Shown here piece by piece: positions 34,944-43,386 of a DNA stretch of 59,809 nt. The stretch is from an uncultured archaeon. Lineage in GTDB: Archaea > Nanohalarchaeota > Nanosalinia > Nanosalinales > Nanosalinaceae. A program made the translations under genes and the position numbers. Where the stretch lies: NCBI GenBank assembly GCA_964629245.1, contig CAZVPZ010000001.1, positions 1 through 59,809 on the forward strand, in the 5' to 3' direction. A model generated the notes under the pieces. The model did not search any database. It was not told the origin of the DNA and was given only the letters and a program-made list of their open reading frames with translations. How positions within the stretch are numbered: the first letter of the stretch is position 1; the number at the start of each line of letters is the position of its first letter.

Positions 34944-35915
34944 TCAGATTTTTTCCAGCCGACTCTTGTCCCGCCCCTCTTCGATATAATCGTCCTCCCC
35001 GAAGGGATGACCGCCGAAGCCGTGACGCATGAGAGCTATGGCCCGGTAGGCCTGGCTCTGCTCCCCGCGTGACTTGAAGAGTTCGTTCACCGACTGGGAG
35101 ATAACCGGTATCGGCGTCTCCGAGTTCATGGCCTCCTGGACCAGCCAGTTGACCTCGCCGGTGTCCTCGATGTAGTTCGGTATCTGCTCGAAGTCCGGGT
35201 TTTCCTGGCTCCTGAGTCCTTCTTCCATAAGCTCGACCAGCCAGGACCGGATGACTGAACCGTTAGACCAGTTGTGGAAAAGGTCCGCGAGATCTTCCTC
35301 GTCGATATCGAAATCTCCTCCTGCACCGTCCTTCAGGAGTTCGACGCCTTCACCTATAGCCTGCAGCATCCCGAACTCTATACCGTTATGCACCAGTTTA
35401 ACGAAATGACCGGTGCCGGGTTCGCCGATGTGGAGGAATCCTCCTTCCACCGAGAGTTTTTCGAGGATTGGTGCTGCGAGTTCCACCGCGTCTTCTCTAC
35501 CTCCGACCATAAAGCAGGCGCCGTTTCTCGCGCCCTCCCAGCCCCCGGAGGTCCCGCAGTCGATGAACCGTATATCTTCTCCCTCCATTTCCTGGTGGCG
35601 CCTCAGTGAATCCCGGAAGAACGAGTTGCCGCCGTCCATCACGACGTCTCCCTCACTCAGGTGCGGGACAAGATCTCCGAGAACGGTGTCGATAAGCTCA
35701 CCAGCGGGGAGCGATAGGTAGATAACTCTCGGCGGCTCTAGCTCGTCGGTGAATGTCTCGTAGCTTTCCACCTTCACGACTCCTTCCTTCTCCAGCTCCG
35801 GCTTTTCAGCAGGATCTTTACCGACCACGTGTATGTCTTTTTCTACAGCCTGCTTCGCGAGATTTCCGCCTATTTTACCGAGTCCAATTATACCGAATTC
35901 CAGCTTATCTGACAT
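34944..35915 (-). CDS. gnd: 6-phosphogluconate dehydrogenase, short NAD-type (GndA/YqeC-like)
   Basis: FGIIGLGKIGGNLA Rossmann fold, GTSGG and HNGIEFG. Confidence 0.85.
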   Translation of the reverse strand: MSDKLEFGIIGLGKIGGNLAKQAVEKDIHVVGKDPAEKPELEKEGVVKVESYETFTDELEPPRVIYLSLPAGELIDTVLGDLVPHLSEGDVVMDGGNSFFRDSLRRHQEMEGEDIRFIDCGTSGGWEGARNGACFMVGGREDAVELAAPILEKLSVEGGFLHIGEPGTGHFVKLVHNGIEFGMLQAIGEGVELLKDGAGGDFDIDEEDLADLFHNWSNGSVIRSWLVELMEEGLRSQENPDFEQIPNYIEDTGEVNWLVQEAMNSETPIPVISQSVNELFKSRGEQSQAYRAIALMRHGFGGHPFGEDDYIEEGRDKSRLEKI

Positions 35916-36044
35916 GCAGACAACTGGGCGCCACCAGAATTTAAAGCCGGGATTACGATGAGGTTATCTAGCGGATTTCCGGAACGTAACAACGTTACGG
36001 CCCGGTTGTCTCAGAGTTAAATCCCGCCCGTCCACAGGTTATGC

Positions 36045-36281
36045 ATGATAGAGATCGAGTACTGTGAGCCATGCGGCGAGTTCGATCAGGCGGAGATAGT
36101 CGAGAATCGGCTGCTTAAGGAGCTGGGAATCGGATTGGAGGATGTCCGGCTGGTCTCCTGCGACAGGTGCGTATTCAACGTCAGCATCGACGGGGAGACT
36201 GTGCACAGCCAGCAGAGCCATCTCCACGATGTGGGGACTGTGGTCGACACTGTCAGGGAGCACGTCGATTCAGGGGTCTAG
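36045..36281 (+). CDS. Rdx-family (SelW/SelT-like) CxxC protein
   Basis: IEIEYCEPCGEF...; 78 aa. Cys, not Sec. Confidence 0.75.
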   Translation: MIEIEYCEPCGEFDQAEIVENRLLKELGIGLEDVRLVSCDRCVFNVSIDGETVHSQQSHLHDVGTVVDTVREHVDSGV

Positions 36282-36898
36282 TCCCGGATAAGCACCGCCC
36301 GGGCCGGACTCCCATCGGCCTCTATCTTCAGCGGGAAACCTGAGAAGATGTACTCTCCCGGCTCAGCATCCCGGAGGTCCAGGCCCTCGAAGACGGTCAT
36401 CCGCTGGTTTGCGAGCCGGTGGGCCTCCCCTGCCTCATCTCCACCTTCGAACTCCACGAGGCTGAGATAGTCTATACCGACTGTCCTGACGCCGTTCTCC
36501 ACCAGGTACTTCACGCCGTCGAGCGTGAGATGCGCAAAGTCCTCCCGGAAACTGTCGTACCCTTTCAACGAGTTCTCAGTCTTGAGAAGTACGATACCGT
36601 GCTCCAGGCTTTTTCCCTCCAGATCATCTCTGCCTATGGCGCTTCCCGCGTCTTGGAGGTCGATGACCTGGCAGGGACCGTAGAATCCCTCAAGATCCAT
36701 CTCCGCGATGCTCTTCCCGTCCTTGAAAACATGCGCGGGGGCATCGACGTGCGTCCCGGTGTGGCTGCCGAGTTCCAGTTCGGACTCTGTGGTCGACTCT
36801 TCAGGCAGGGAGCGGTACTCCTCTATCTGGGGTGCGGGATTCCCGGGATAGACGGGCATGTCTTCCTTTATCTTCATCGAGATGTCGATTAAATCCAT
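36278..36898 (-). CDS. Cyclase-family protein / kynurenine formamidase-like
   Basis: GSHTGTHVDAPAH. Confidence 0.85.
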   Translation of the reverse strand: MDLIDISMKIKEDMPVYPGNPAPQIEEYRSLPEESTTESELELGSHTGTHVDAPAHVFKDGKSIAEMDLEGFYGPCQVIDLQDAGSAIGRDDLEGKSLEHGIVLLKTENSLKGYDSFREDFAHLTLDGVKYLVENGVRTVGIDYLSLVEFEGGDEAGEAHRLANQRMTVFEGLDLRDAEPGEYIFSGFPLKIEADGSPARAVLIRD

Positions 36899-36977
36899 AC
36901 AGATGGTTTCTGGAGCGGTTTAATTAAACTGGTGTGCCCCGGTTAATTAAACGCGGAAATCCAACATAGTTTCAAAA

Positions 36978-37952
36978 ATGGGGCTGCTGGACGATCTCCT
37001 GAGCGAGGAGACTTACTTCGCACTTTTCCTTGTACCGGTTTTCATCCTGGCAGTCATGTCACTGTTCCCTGCCCCTGCATCCCACTGGATGGAGTTCCTC
37101 TGGGTTTTCCCTCTGGCTATAGGATTTGCCCTCGTCGCCAACACCCTCGGTGTCAGTGGTGCCGTGCTCTTTGTCCCGTTCTTCGTCCTCTTCCTGCCGA
37201 TAGTAGACGCAGCTATACCTGTTGAACGCGCTATCAAGGCGGGGCTGATAACTGAGTTCTTCGGTATCACGAGTTCTTCGCTGGCTTTCATGCGTTTCGG
37301 TCTCGACGACCGGACGCTGGCTTGGACTACTTTCAAGGGTGTGCTGGCCTTCATTGTTGCAGGTTCTGTCATCTCCTTCATGGTGCCCGCGGCACTCCTC
37401 TACTTCTTCGTGGCTGGTGCAACGGTTATGTCATCTTACCTGCTCCTACACGAGGAGAGGAAACAGGCGAAGCTGGAAGCGTTTGGAGAGGAGATAGGAC
37501 GGCATAAGAAGGGTAGCCGGGAGAACGTCACAAAGGAGGATATCGAGGGCCAGGTCTACAGGTATTCCCGGGAAGGTTACGGCAGGAGGTTCAGGCTGTT
37601 CAGCCTCGGAGGTCTCTCACAGGGCATTTCCGGGGCGGGAATCGGCGAGCTGGGGGTCGTGGCGATGATCGAGACAGGTGTGCCCCTCCACGTTGCGATA
37701 GGGACGACGCATCTAGTGGTGGCGATGACCTCGCTGATAGCATCAGGCATCCACTTGGCCGGTGCCGCGGTCACTGGAGCAGGTGTGCCGTGGAACCTTC
37801 TCGTGGTCACCGTTCCCGGGGTCGTTATAGGGGGCCAGATGGCGCCTTACGTGGCCGCGAGGATAAAGACCCACTTCTTCGAGGAGGCCGCGGCAATTGT
37901 TTTCTTGTTTGCGGCGGCCGCACTGACCTTCGTGGGAGTCACCCTGCTCTGA
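36978..37952 (+). CDS. TauE/SafE (DUF81) anion exporter family membrane protein
   Basis: GVSGAVLFVPFF in the N-half and GAGIGELGVV in the C-half repeat. Confidence 0.8.
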   Translation: MGLLDDLLSEETYFALFLVPVFILAVMSLFPAPASHWMEFLWVFPLAIGFALVANTLGVSGAVLFVPFFVLFLPIVDAAIPVERAIKAGLITEFFGITSSSLAFMRFGLDDRTLAWTTFKGVLAFIVAGSVISFMVPAALLYFFVAGATVMSSYLLLHEERKQAKLEAFGEEIGRHKKGSRENVTKEDIEGQVYRYSREGYGRRFRLFSLGGLSQGISGAGIGELGVVAMIETGVPLHVAIGTTHLVVAMTSLIASGIHLAGAAVTGAGVPWNLLVVTVPGVVIGGQMAPYVAARIKTHFFEEAAAIVFLFAAAALTFVGVTLL

Positions 37953-38024
37953 CCGTTGTAAGTTACAGGTGGTAACTAGGTTTCTATAGGTAATCATATA
38001 AGAGTTCTTGGCAAGCTTCTTTCC

Positions 38025-38387
38025 ATGGAATCAGTAGAGAAGATGCCTGTCTGGTGTGCGGGTGAAGAATGGTGCCCTATCACCGCGACCGCCGATCTCA
38101 TAGGGAAGAAATGGCACCCCGTAATAATCCACAGGCTTCTTGTGAAGGAGGCGCTCGGTTTCAACGCCCTGAAGCAGGAGGTCGATGGTGTCTCAAGCAA
38201 GGTCCTCTCGGAGAGCCTCGACGACCTCCAGCAGAAGAAGCTGGTGGAGAGGGAGATAATAAACGAGAAGCCGGTCCGCGTGGAATACCGACTGACGGAG
38301 CGCGGCGGGTCGCTGGAGCCTGTTATCATGTCGATGAAGGATTGGGCGGACGAGTACCTGACATCTCCCGCGGTTTCGGGAGAGTAA
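38025..38387 (+). CDS. HxlR-family winged-helix regulator
   Basis: CPI....LIGKKWHPVIIHRL......F.ALK..V.GVS.KVLSESL..L....LVER..........VEY.LTERG. Confidence 0.9.
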   Translation: MESVEKMPVWCAGEEWCPITATADLIGKKWHPVIIHRLLVKEALGFNALKQEVDGVSSKVLSESLDDLQQKKLVEREIINEKPVRVEYRLTERGGSLEPVIMSMKDWADEYLTSPAVSGE

Positions 38388-38424
38388 CTGGGGATTCAAA
38401 AACCTCGCTGGACAATCAATCTCT

Positions 38425-38694
38425 ATGACCCTCTACGAGTTCTACGGGGAGGAATGCCCCCACTGCCAGAAGATGGCCCCGAAGGTCGAGAAACTGGAGG
38501 AAGAGGAAGGAGTCGAAGTAGAGCAGCTCGAGGTCTGGCACGATGAGGGAAACGCGGATAGGTTCCGCGAACTCGACGATGGGAAATGCGGCGGCGTACC
38601 GTTCTTCATAAACACCGAGAGCGACCAGTGGATGTGCGGAGAGACGGATTACGACACTCTGGTGGCCTGGGCCAGGGGAGAGGAAGTCAGCTGA
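38425..38694 (+). CDS. Small thioredoxin-like protein
   Basis: YGEECPHCQKMAP and GGVPFF. Confidence 0.8.
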   Translation: MTLYEFYGEECPHCQKMAPKVEKLEEEEGVEVEQLEVWHDEGNADRFRELDDGKCGGVPFFINTESDQWMCGETDYDTLVAWARGEEVS

Positions 38695-38711
38695 CAAGGA
38701 GGTGACAACCA

Positions 38712-38807
38712 ATGGGAGACGACGACAAGGTCTGCAGGGCATGCGGAGCAAGCTTTGACACTGATGAGGAGATGAAGGAGCACGCCGAGAAAGAACACGG
38801 TGCTTAA
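38712..38807 (+). CDS. 31-aa C2H2 zinc-finger micro-protein
   Basis: Not in the track because it is under 60 aa. MGDDDKVCRACGASFDTDEEMKEHAEKEHGA fits C-x2-C-x12-H-x4-H. It is tightly spaced between the Trx-like gene and the oxidoreductase gene. Confidence 0.55.
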   Translation: MGDDDKVCRACGASFDTDEEMKEHAEKEHGA

Positions 38808-38859
38808 ACCCTTTTATCCTTTTTAATATCTCTAACGAATCCTATACAGGGTCTCAGGG

Positions 38860-40221
38860 ATGAAAGAGTTCGATGCTATAGTTGTCGGTGCGGGCTCCGG
38901 GCTGGATATCGCCTCTGGCTACGCATCGCATGGCAAGCAAGTTGCGGTGGTGGAACCGGGCCCTCTTGGAGGAACCTGCCTCAACCGCGGATGTATACCT
39001 TCAAAGATGCTTATACACCACGCGGATGTAGCCTCCACTATAAAGGATTCTGGCAGGTTCCATATAGATGCGGAGCTGAACAGCGTCGATTTCTCCAGGA
39101 TAGTCGAGGAGGTGAACGAGACGGTATCTAGCGATGCGGAGCACATCGAGGACGCAGTTAGGGACTCGGACAACCACACGCTCTACAAGACAGAGGCGGA
39201 GTTCGTCGACGAGAAGGTCCTTGATGTCGATGGCGAGAAGATAACCGCGGACACTATATTCGTGGCGGCTGGAACGCGCCCGATGGTGCCGCCGGTAGAG
39301 GGGTTGGAGAGCGTTGACTACCTGACCAGCAAGACCGCGCTCGAACTGGAGGAACAGCCCGATGAACTAGTGGTAATAGGGGGCGGCTACATCGCGGTGG
39401 AGCTGGCCCACTTCTACAGCGCGCTCGGGACCGACGTAACGATAATCGAGATGGCGGACTCCCTGGTTAGCAGAGAGGACCGTGAGGTATCGCAAAAGTT
39501 CACGGAGCTGGCCTCTGAGAGATACGATGTCAACCTCGGGCTCAAAGCGTCGAAGGTAGAGGAGGTCGGCGAGAAGGTGAAGGTGACCGCGGAGGATGAG
39601 AACAGCAACAAGCATTCCTTCGCCGGCCACGACCTACTGGTCGCGGCGGGAAGAGTGCCGAACACTGACCGCCTCAAGGTCGAGAATGCTGGGATAGAAA
39701 CGGATGAGCGCGGCTTCGTGGAGACGGATGAGCACCTCCGGACGAATGTTGACGGCATCTACGCTATAGGAGATATCGCGGGCAACTGGATGTTCAAGCA
39801 CTCTGCCAACCTCGAGGCGGAACACGCATTCAGGAACGCGATGACCGGTGATGAGCACCCTGTCGACTACACCGCGATGCCCCACGCCATCTTCTCCTCG
39901 CCCCAGATCTCTGGCGTAGGCAAGACGGAGCAGGAGCTCGAGATGGAGGGTGCTGACTACGCGGTCGGGGCCTATAACTACGAGAACACAGGGATGGGGC
40001 TGGCGCTGAAGGAGGAAGACGGCTTCGTCAAGGTGCTTGCAGACCCTGAAACCCGGGAGGTACTGGGTTGCCACATCATCGGGCCCCATGCCTCGAGCAT
40101 CATCCATGAAGTGCTGGTGGCGATGAAGTCCGGCTCTGGAACTGTCGATGACATCACCGATACTGTCCACATACACCCGGCTCTCAACGAGGTAGTCCAG
40201 CGCGCCTTCAGGAACGTCTAG
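38860..40221 (+). CDS. Class I pyridine nucleotide-disulfide oxidoreductase (dihydrolipoyl dehydrogenase / glutathione-reductase family)
   Basis: GAGSG, the redox-active GGTCLNRGCIPSK, a second GGGYIAVE fold and a C-terminal HIHPALNE dimer-interface motif. Confidence 0.85.
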   Translation: MKEFDAIVVGAGSGLDIASGYASHGKQVAVVEPGPLGGTCLNRGCIPSKMLIHHADVASTIKDSGRFHIDAELNSVDFSRIVEEVNETVSSDAEHIEDAVRDSDNHTLYKTEAEFVDEKVLDVDGEKITADTIFVAAGTRPMVPPVEGLESVDYLTSKTALELEEQPDELVVIGGGYIAVELAHFYSALGTDVTIIEMADSLVSREDREVSQKFTELASERYDVNLGLKASKVEEVGEKVKVTAEDENSNKHSFAGHDLLVAAGRVPNTDRLKVENAGIETDERGFVETDEHLRTNVDGIYAIGDIAGNWMFKHSANLEAEHAFRNAMTGDEHPVDYTAMPHAIFSSPQISGVGKTEQELEMEGADYAVGAYNYENTGMGLALKEEDGFVKVLADPETREVLGCHIIGPHASSIIHEVLVAMKSGSGTVDDITDTVHIHPALNEVVQRAFRNV

Positions 40222-40775
40222 CGGGTGTAGTCGGCCTCGGCCATGCCCTGAGCTAGCAAATGACCCTCCATGGCGGATTCCAGCTCTCTTTTGCTGGCGC
40301 CCGCTTGTAGGTCGAGCACAGTCTCCAGGGCGTAAACCTTGAAGCGGTAGGTATGTGTCCCGCTGGGCGGCTTGGGTCCGCCGTAACCTATGTCTCCGAA
40401 ATCGTTCTCGCCCTGACGTGCGCCGTTCTCCAGCTCCGGGTCCTCCGGCAGACCCTCTGGCAGGCTGGAGTTGACTGGGATGTTCCAGACCACCCAGTGA
40501 ACCCAGGTCTGTCCAGGTGCATCAGGATCGTCCATTATAAGGGCTATCGACTCGGTTCCCTCCGGCACATCGCCGAATTTTACTCTGGGAGAAACGTCTC
40601 TCCCGTATTTTGAATACCTGTCGGGGATCGTGTTTTCGAAGGGAAGTTCGACTTTCATTTCGGACACGTTCCTGTAATTTGGCCCCGAGTCATAACTATC
40701 TAACCCTGCACAGCCTGAGGCCGTGGCCACAGCTACCAGCACCGCTGAAAGCTGAAAGGCGCGTCCCATATGCAT
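40218..40775 (-). CDS. PEBP (YbhB/YbcL) family lipoprotein
   Basis: The ATG at 40775 gives MHMGRAFQLSAVLVAVATASGC (lipobox). DDPDAPGQTWVHWVVWNIP is also present. Confidence 0.8.
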   Translation of the reverse strand: MHMGRAFQLSAVLVAVATASGCAGLDSYDSGPNYRNVSEMKVELPFENTIPDRYSKYGRDVSPRVKFGDVPEGTESIALIMDDPDAPGQTWVHWVVWNIPVNSSLPEGLPEDPELENGARQGENDFGDIGYGGPKPPSGTHTYRFKVYALETVLDLQAGASKRELESAMEGHLLAQGMAEADYTR

Positions 40776-40863
40776 TATAGTGTCTTTGACGGAAAAGAAG
40801 GTTACCCATGACTTATCATCATATTTTTTAATATAGGAGGATAGTAAAATCATAGAGCTTTCT

Positions 40864-41184
40864 ATGGAAACTATCACCACTGAAGAACTTGCGGCGAAGA
40901 TTGAAGGAAAAGATGACTTTGTGCTGGTAGATGTACTTGGCGAAGATCATTTCGCCGAGGAGCACCTGCCGGGCGCCGTCAACATCCCCTTGGACACTAT
41001 AGCGGAAGAGGCAACGAAACAGTTCGACCGCGACCAGGAGATAGTGGTCTACTGCGCCTCGGAATCCTGCCAGGCCAGCCCGAAAGCAGCGGAGAAGCTG
41101 GAGGCCATGGGTTTCGAGAACGTTAAAGACTACGAGCCTGGCGTCAAGGGCTGGAAGCAGGCGGGTCACGACATAGAGGCCTGA
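40864..41184 (+). CDS. Single-domain rhodanese
   Basis: VVYCASESCQAS active-site loop. Confidence 0.85.
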   Translation: METITTEELAAKIEGKDDFVLVDVLGEDHFAEEHLPGAVNIPLDTIAEEATKQFDRDQEIVVYCASESCQASPKAAEKLEAMGFENVKDYEPGVKGWKQAGHDIEA

Positions 41185-41559
41185 TCATTCAAGGAGTTCT
41201 ACTCTCACCTTCGTGCCGCTCTCGATCTCCCTCAGGCGCTGGTGGTCCTCTACCATCCCAAAAGGGTTGACAGGAGATGCGGCTCTGGGCTCGTCGCCGT
41301 CGCTCGCCGGCGTCGGACCCCAGAAGATGCATAGAGCGTTACCCCTCGGCCAGTACGCAACTGCTCCCCGAGGCACCTCCTCGTACGCTGCTTCCTCATC
41401 CTCGTTCACCGGTATCTTGAAGTAGAGCTCCTCTCCCCACCTGTTCGCGTGCCCCTCCACAGGCAGCGCGTTTTTCACCGCCCGCCATGTCCTCGGGTTC
41501 TCACCTGTCCACGACGCCTCGAGTTCGATATCGTTGATGGTGATGATCAGGTTCGCCAT
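41185..41559 (-). CDS. Cyclophilin-like fold protein (TM1367/PF04126-like)
   Basis: MANLIITINDIELEASW.....T......LP......RWGEELYF. The track N-terminus was trimmed to the ATG at 41559. Confidence 0.6.
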   Translation of the reverse strand: MANLIITINDIELEASWTGENPRTWRAVKNALPVEGHANRWGEELYFKIPVNEDEEAAYEEVPRGAVAYWPRGNALCIFWGPTPASDGDEPRAASPVNPFGMVEDHQRLREIESGTKVRVELLE

Positions 41560-41609
41560 ACTGAAGGATGGTCTTACAGGAATAAAAAAATCAAGAGGAA
41601 AGGTGATTT

Positions 41610-41975
41610 TCACCGGCTGGAGGTTCTCTGGATATCCGGTACTGGCTCGGACAGCCCTCTACTTCTGTGGCCGTAGCCCAGTCCCTGGAAGCCCGGTGAT
41701 TTCTTCATTACGTCCGTGTCCCTGTCCAATCGACCCTGAAGTGAGTATCCAACTGGTTTATCAGGGCCATCTAGATCGCTGCCGCCGGGACAGATGACCT
41801 GGACAGGATAGCTCTCTGCAATAACGCAGTCCTCCCTTTCAGGAGGTTCAAGGCCGTCTCCGGGTGCAGGTGCCACAGGTGGGACTCCTGGCCGGTTCAT
41901 TGGAGGAGGCTGGTGGGCCATCCCCAGACCTGCCAGCAGCACTGCAACCGCGGCCAGCACTGTTGTTCTTTTCAT
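41610..41975 (-). CDS. Secreted Pro-rich hypothetical protein
   Basis: Signal peptide MKRTTVLAAVAVLLAGLGMA. Confidence 0.5.
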   Translation of the reverse strand: MKRTTVLAAVAVLLAGLGMAHQPPPMNRPGVPPVAPAPGDGLEPPEREDCVIAESYPVQVICPGGSDLDGPDKPVGYSLQGRLDRDTDVMKKSPGFQGLGYGHRSRGLSEPVPDIQRTSSR

Positions 41976-42138
41976 GGTAAGAAGCCTAAGAACGAACACC
42001 TTTTTAAACAGGCCATAGGATGTTCGCCGAGAAACGAACGAAGAAGCCCTTTAGAGCAGTTCTGGAGAGTCAAGATAAAGCCTCTTTCTGGGATAGGAAG
42101 GCGGGTTCGTATCCTACGAGCGAACCCTCATTGATAAG

Positions 42139-42342
42139 AGCCCCGAGTGGGATTTGAACCCACGACCTGCCCCTCTCTTACGCCAGAGCGGTTCGACTTG
42201 GAGGTCGCCTGCACTCCATTCTCGCTCCGCTCGAATCCGTAATCATGTTCTGAAAGCCATGCTTTGCATGGGTTGACATGATCGAACTTTGTGAAGTTCG
42301 CGATACAAGGGGGCCGCTCTAGCCAAGCTGAGCCATCGAGGC
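42139..42342 (-). tRNA. tRNA-Thr(UGU) with an intron of about 129 nt at 37/38
   Basis: GCCUCGA-UG-GCUC..GAGC-G-GCCCC-CUUGUA[intron]A-GGGGC-AGGUC-GUGGG-UUCAAAU-CCCAC-UCGGGGC-U. Confidence 0.85.
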
Positions 42343-42417
42343 CTCTGGTATTGTTTAAGCCTGGTCGAACAGTTAAATATGGTTAGATTTTAATGGATGT
42401 AACTCTTCCTTTCCTCC

Positions 42418-43386
42418 ATGGACTGGGATTACAGGATAACCTCCGACTTCGAGGACCTGAAACAGTGGGATCTGGAGGGTGAGAGACTTGCGATGGGTTT
42501 CCGGCCGAGCGGGGAGTTGCATGTGGGAAACCTGCTCACTATCGGTTACGCCGCCGTTATATCCGACTGGCTGAAGCTGGAGCTCGATCTGAGCTGCTGC
42601 GACACTGACTGGAGCGCCCATATCCACGGCCACCACTTCCCGGAGAACAACCGCGTGATGCGCCTTTTCTTCAACCGGGCCTGCCCCTGCGGCGAGCATG
42701 AGAACATTGCAGAGCACCGCGTAGCCGAAATTCGGCCGTTCCTAGATGGTCTGGAGCAGGCGCTTGATATGGAGATAGATGTCAACTATCTCTCGGATTT
42801 CCAGGGCGACAACGGCTACGTCGACGCGCTCAGGACGGTGCTCAAGAAGATGGGGCCGCTAGACGAGGTCTTCGGAGGTGGTTTCCGGAGGCGGTACATC
42901 AGCCCCGTGGTGAACGTCTGTCTCGAGTGCGGCTACTCCCACGCCAAGGGCGCATCTTACTCTCCCGGCACTGACGAGCTTGTTTTCCCTTGCCACAACC
43001 CGGAGTGCTCCACCTACTTCGCCTCCGGCCCACTGACCGGTGAGATAGGGGTATACTACCTCGTGGACCCGGTTAGAGATGCGTGGCGTGGCGCCGCTGT
43101 CCACGTCTTCGGCGGTGATTACCGGGACGCGGAGAAGGAGATGAAGACGCCGAAGATCCAGAAGGTGGCGGAGATAACGGAACTCGCGACAGGGGGGACG
43201 CCGGCGTACTTCCTCGCGCCGCTTATAGCGGACGAAGAGGGAAAGCCGCTCAGCAAGTCGAAGGGAACTGGCAGGACTGTTGCGGACATTGACGATCTCG
43301 AGCAGTACGGCTGGGAGGTAGGGAGACAGGTCTCCGAGTGGCTGCTCGAGGAGAAGAAATACGTTTCCGAGTCGGAGCTAGTCTAG
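42418..43386 (+). CDS. Class I lysyl-tRNA synthetase-like catalytic core without an anticodon-binding domain
   Basis: HIGH variant PSGELHVGN, KMSKS variant KPLSKSKG 40 aa from the C-terminus, a Zn-type insertion CLEC...CHNPEC and FGGDYRD (compare GKDH). Confidence 0.7.
   Translation: MDWDYRITSDFEDLKQWDLEGERLAMGFRPSGELHVGNLLTIGYAAVISDWLKLELDLSCCDTDWSAHIHGHHFPENNRVMRLFFNRACPCGEHENIAEHRVAEIRPFLDGLEQALDMEIDVNYLSDFQGDNGYVDALRTVLKKMGPLDEVFGGGFRRRYISPVVNVCLECGYSHAKGASYSPGTDELVFPCHNPECSTYFASGPLTGEIGVYYLVDPVRDAWRGAAVHVFGGDYRDAEKEMKTPKIQKVAEITELATGGTPAYFLAPLIADEEGKPLSKSKGTGRTVADIDDLEQYGWEVGRQVSEWLLEEKKYVSESELV

Noticed and set aside
41560-41613. N-terminal extensions of track ORFs 41185-41613, 40218-40880, 48334-48891, 43383-43886 and 54155-54514
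   Set aside because: The extensions start at alternative codons and overlap neighbouring genes, tRNAs or promoters. Internal ATGs give canonical N-termini (signal peptide, lipobox or family-typical start).
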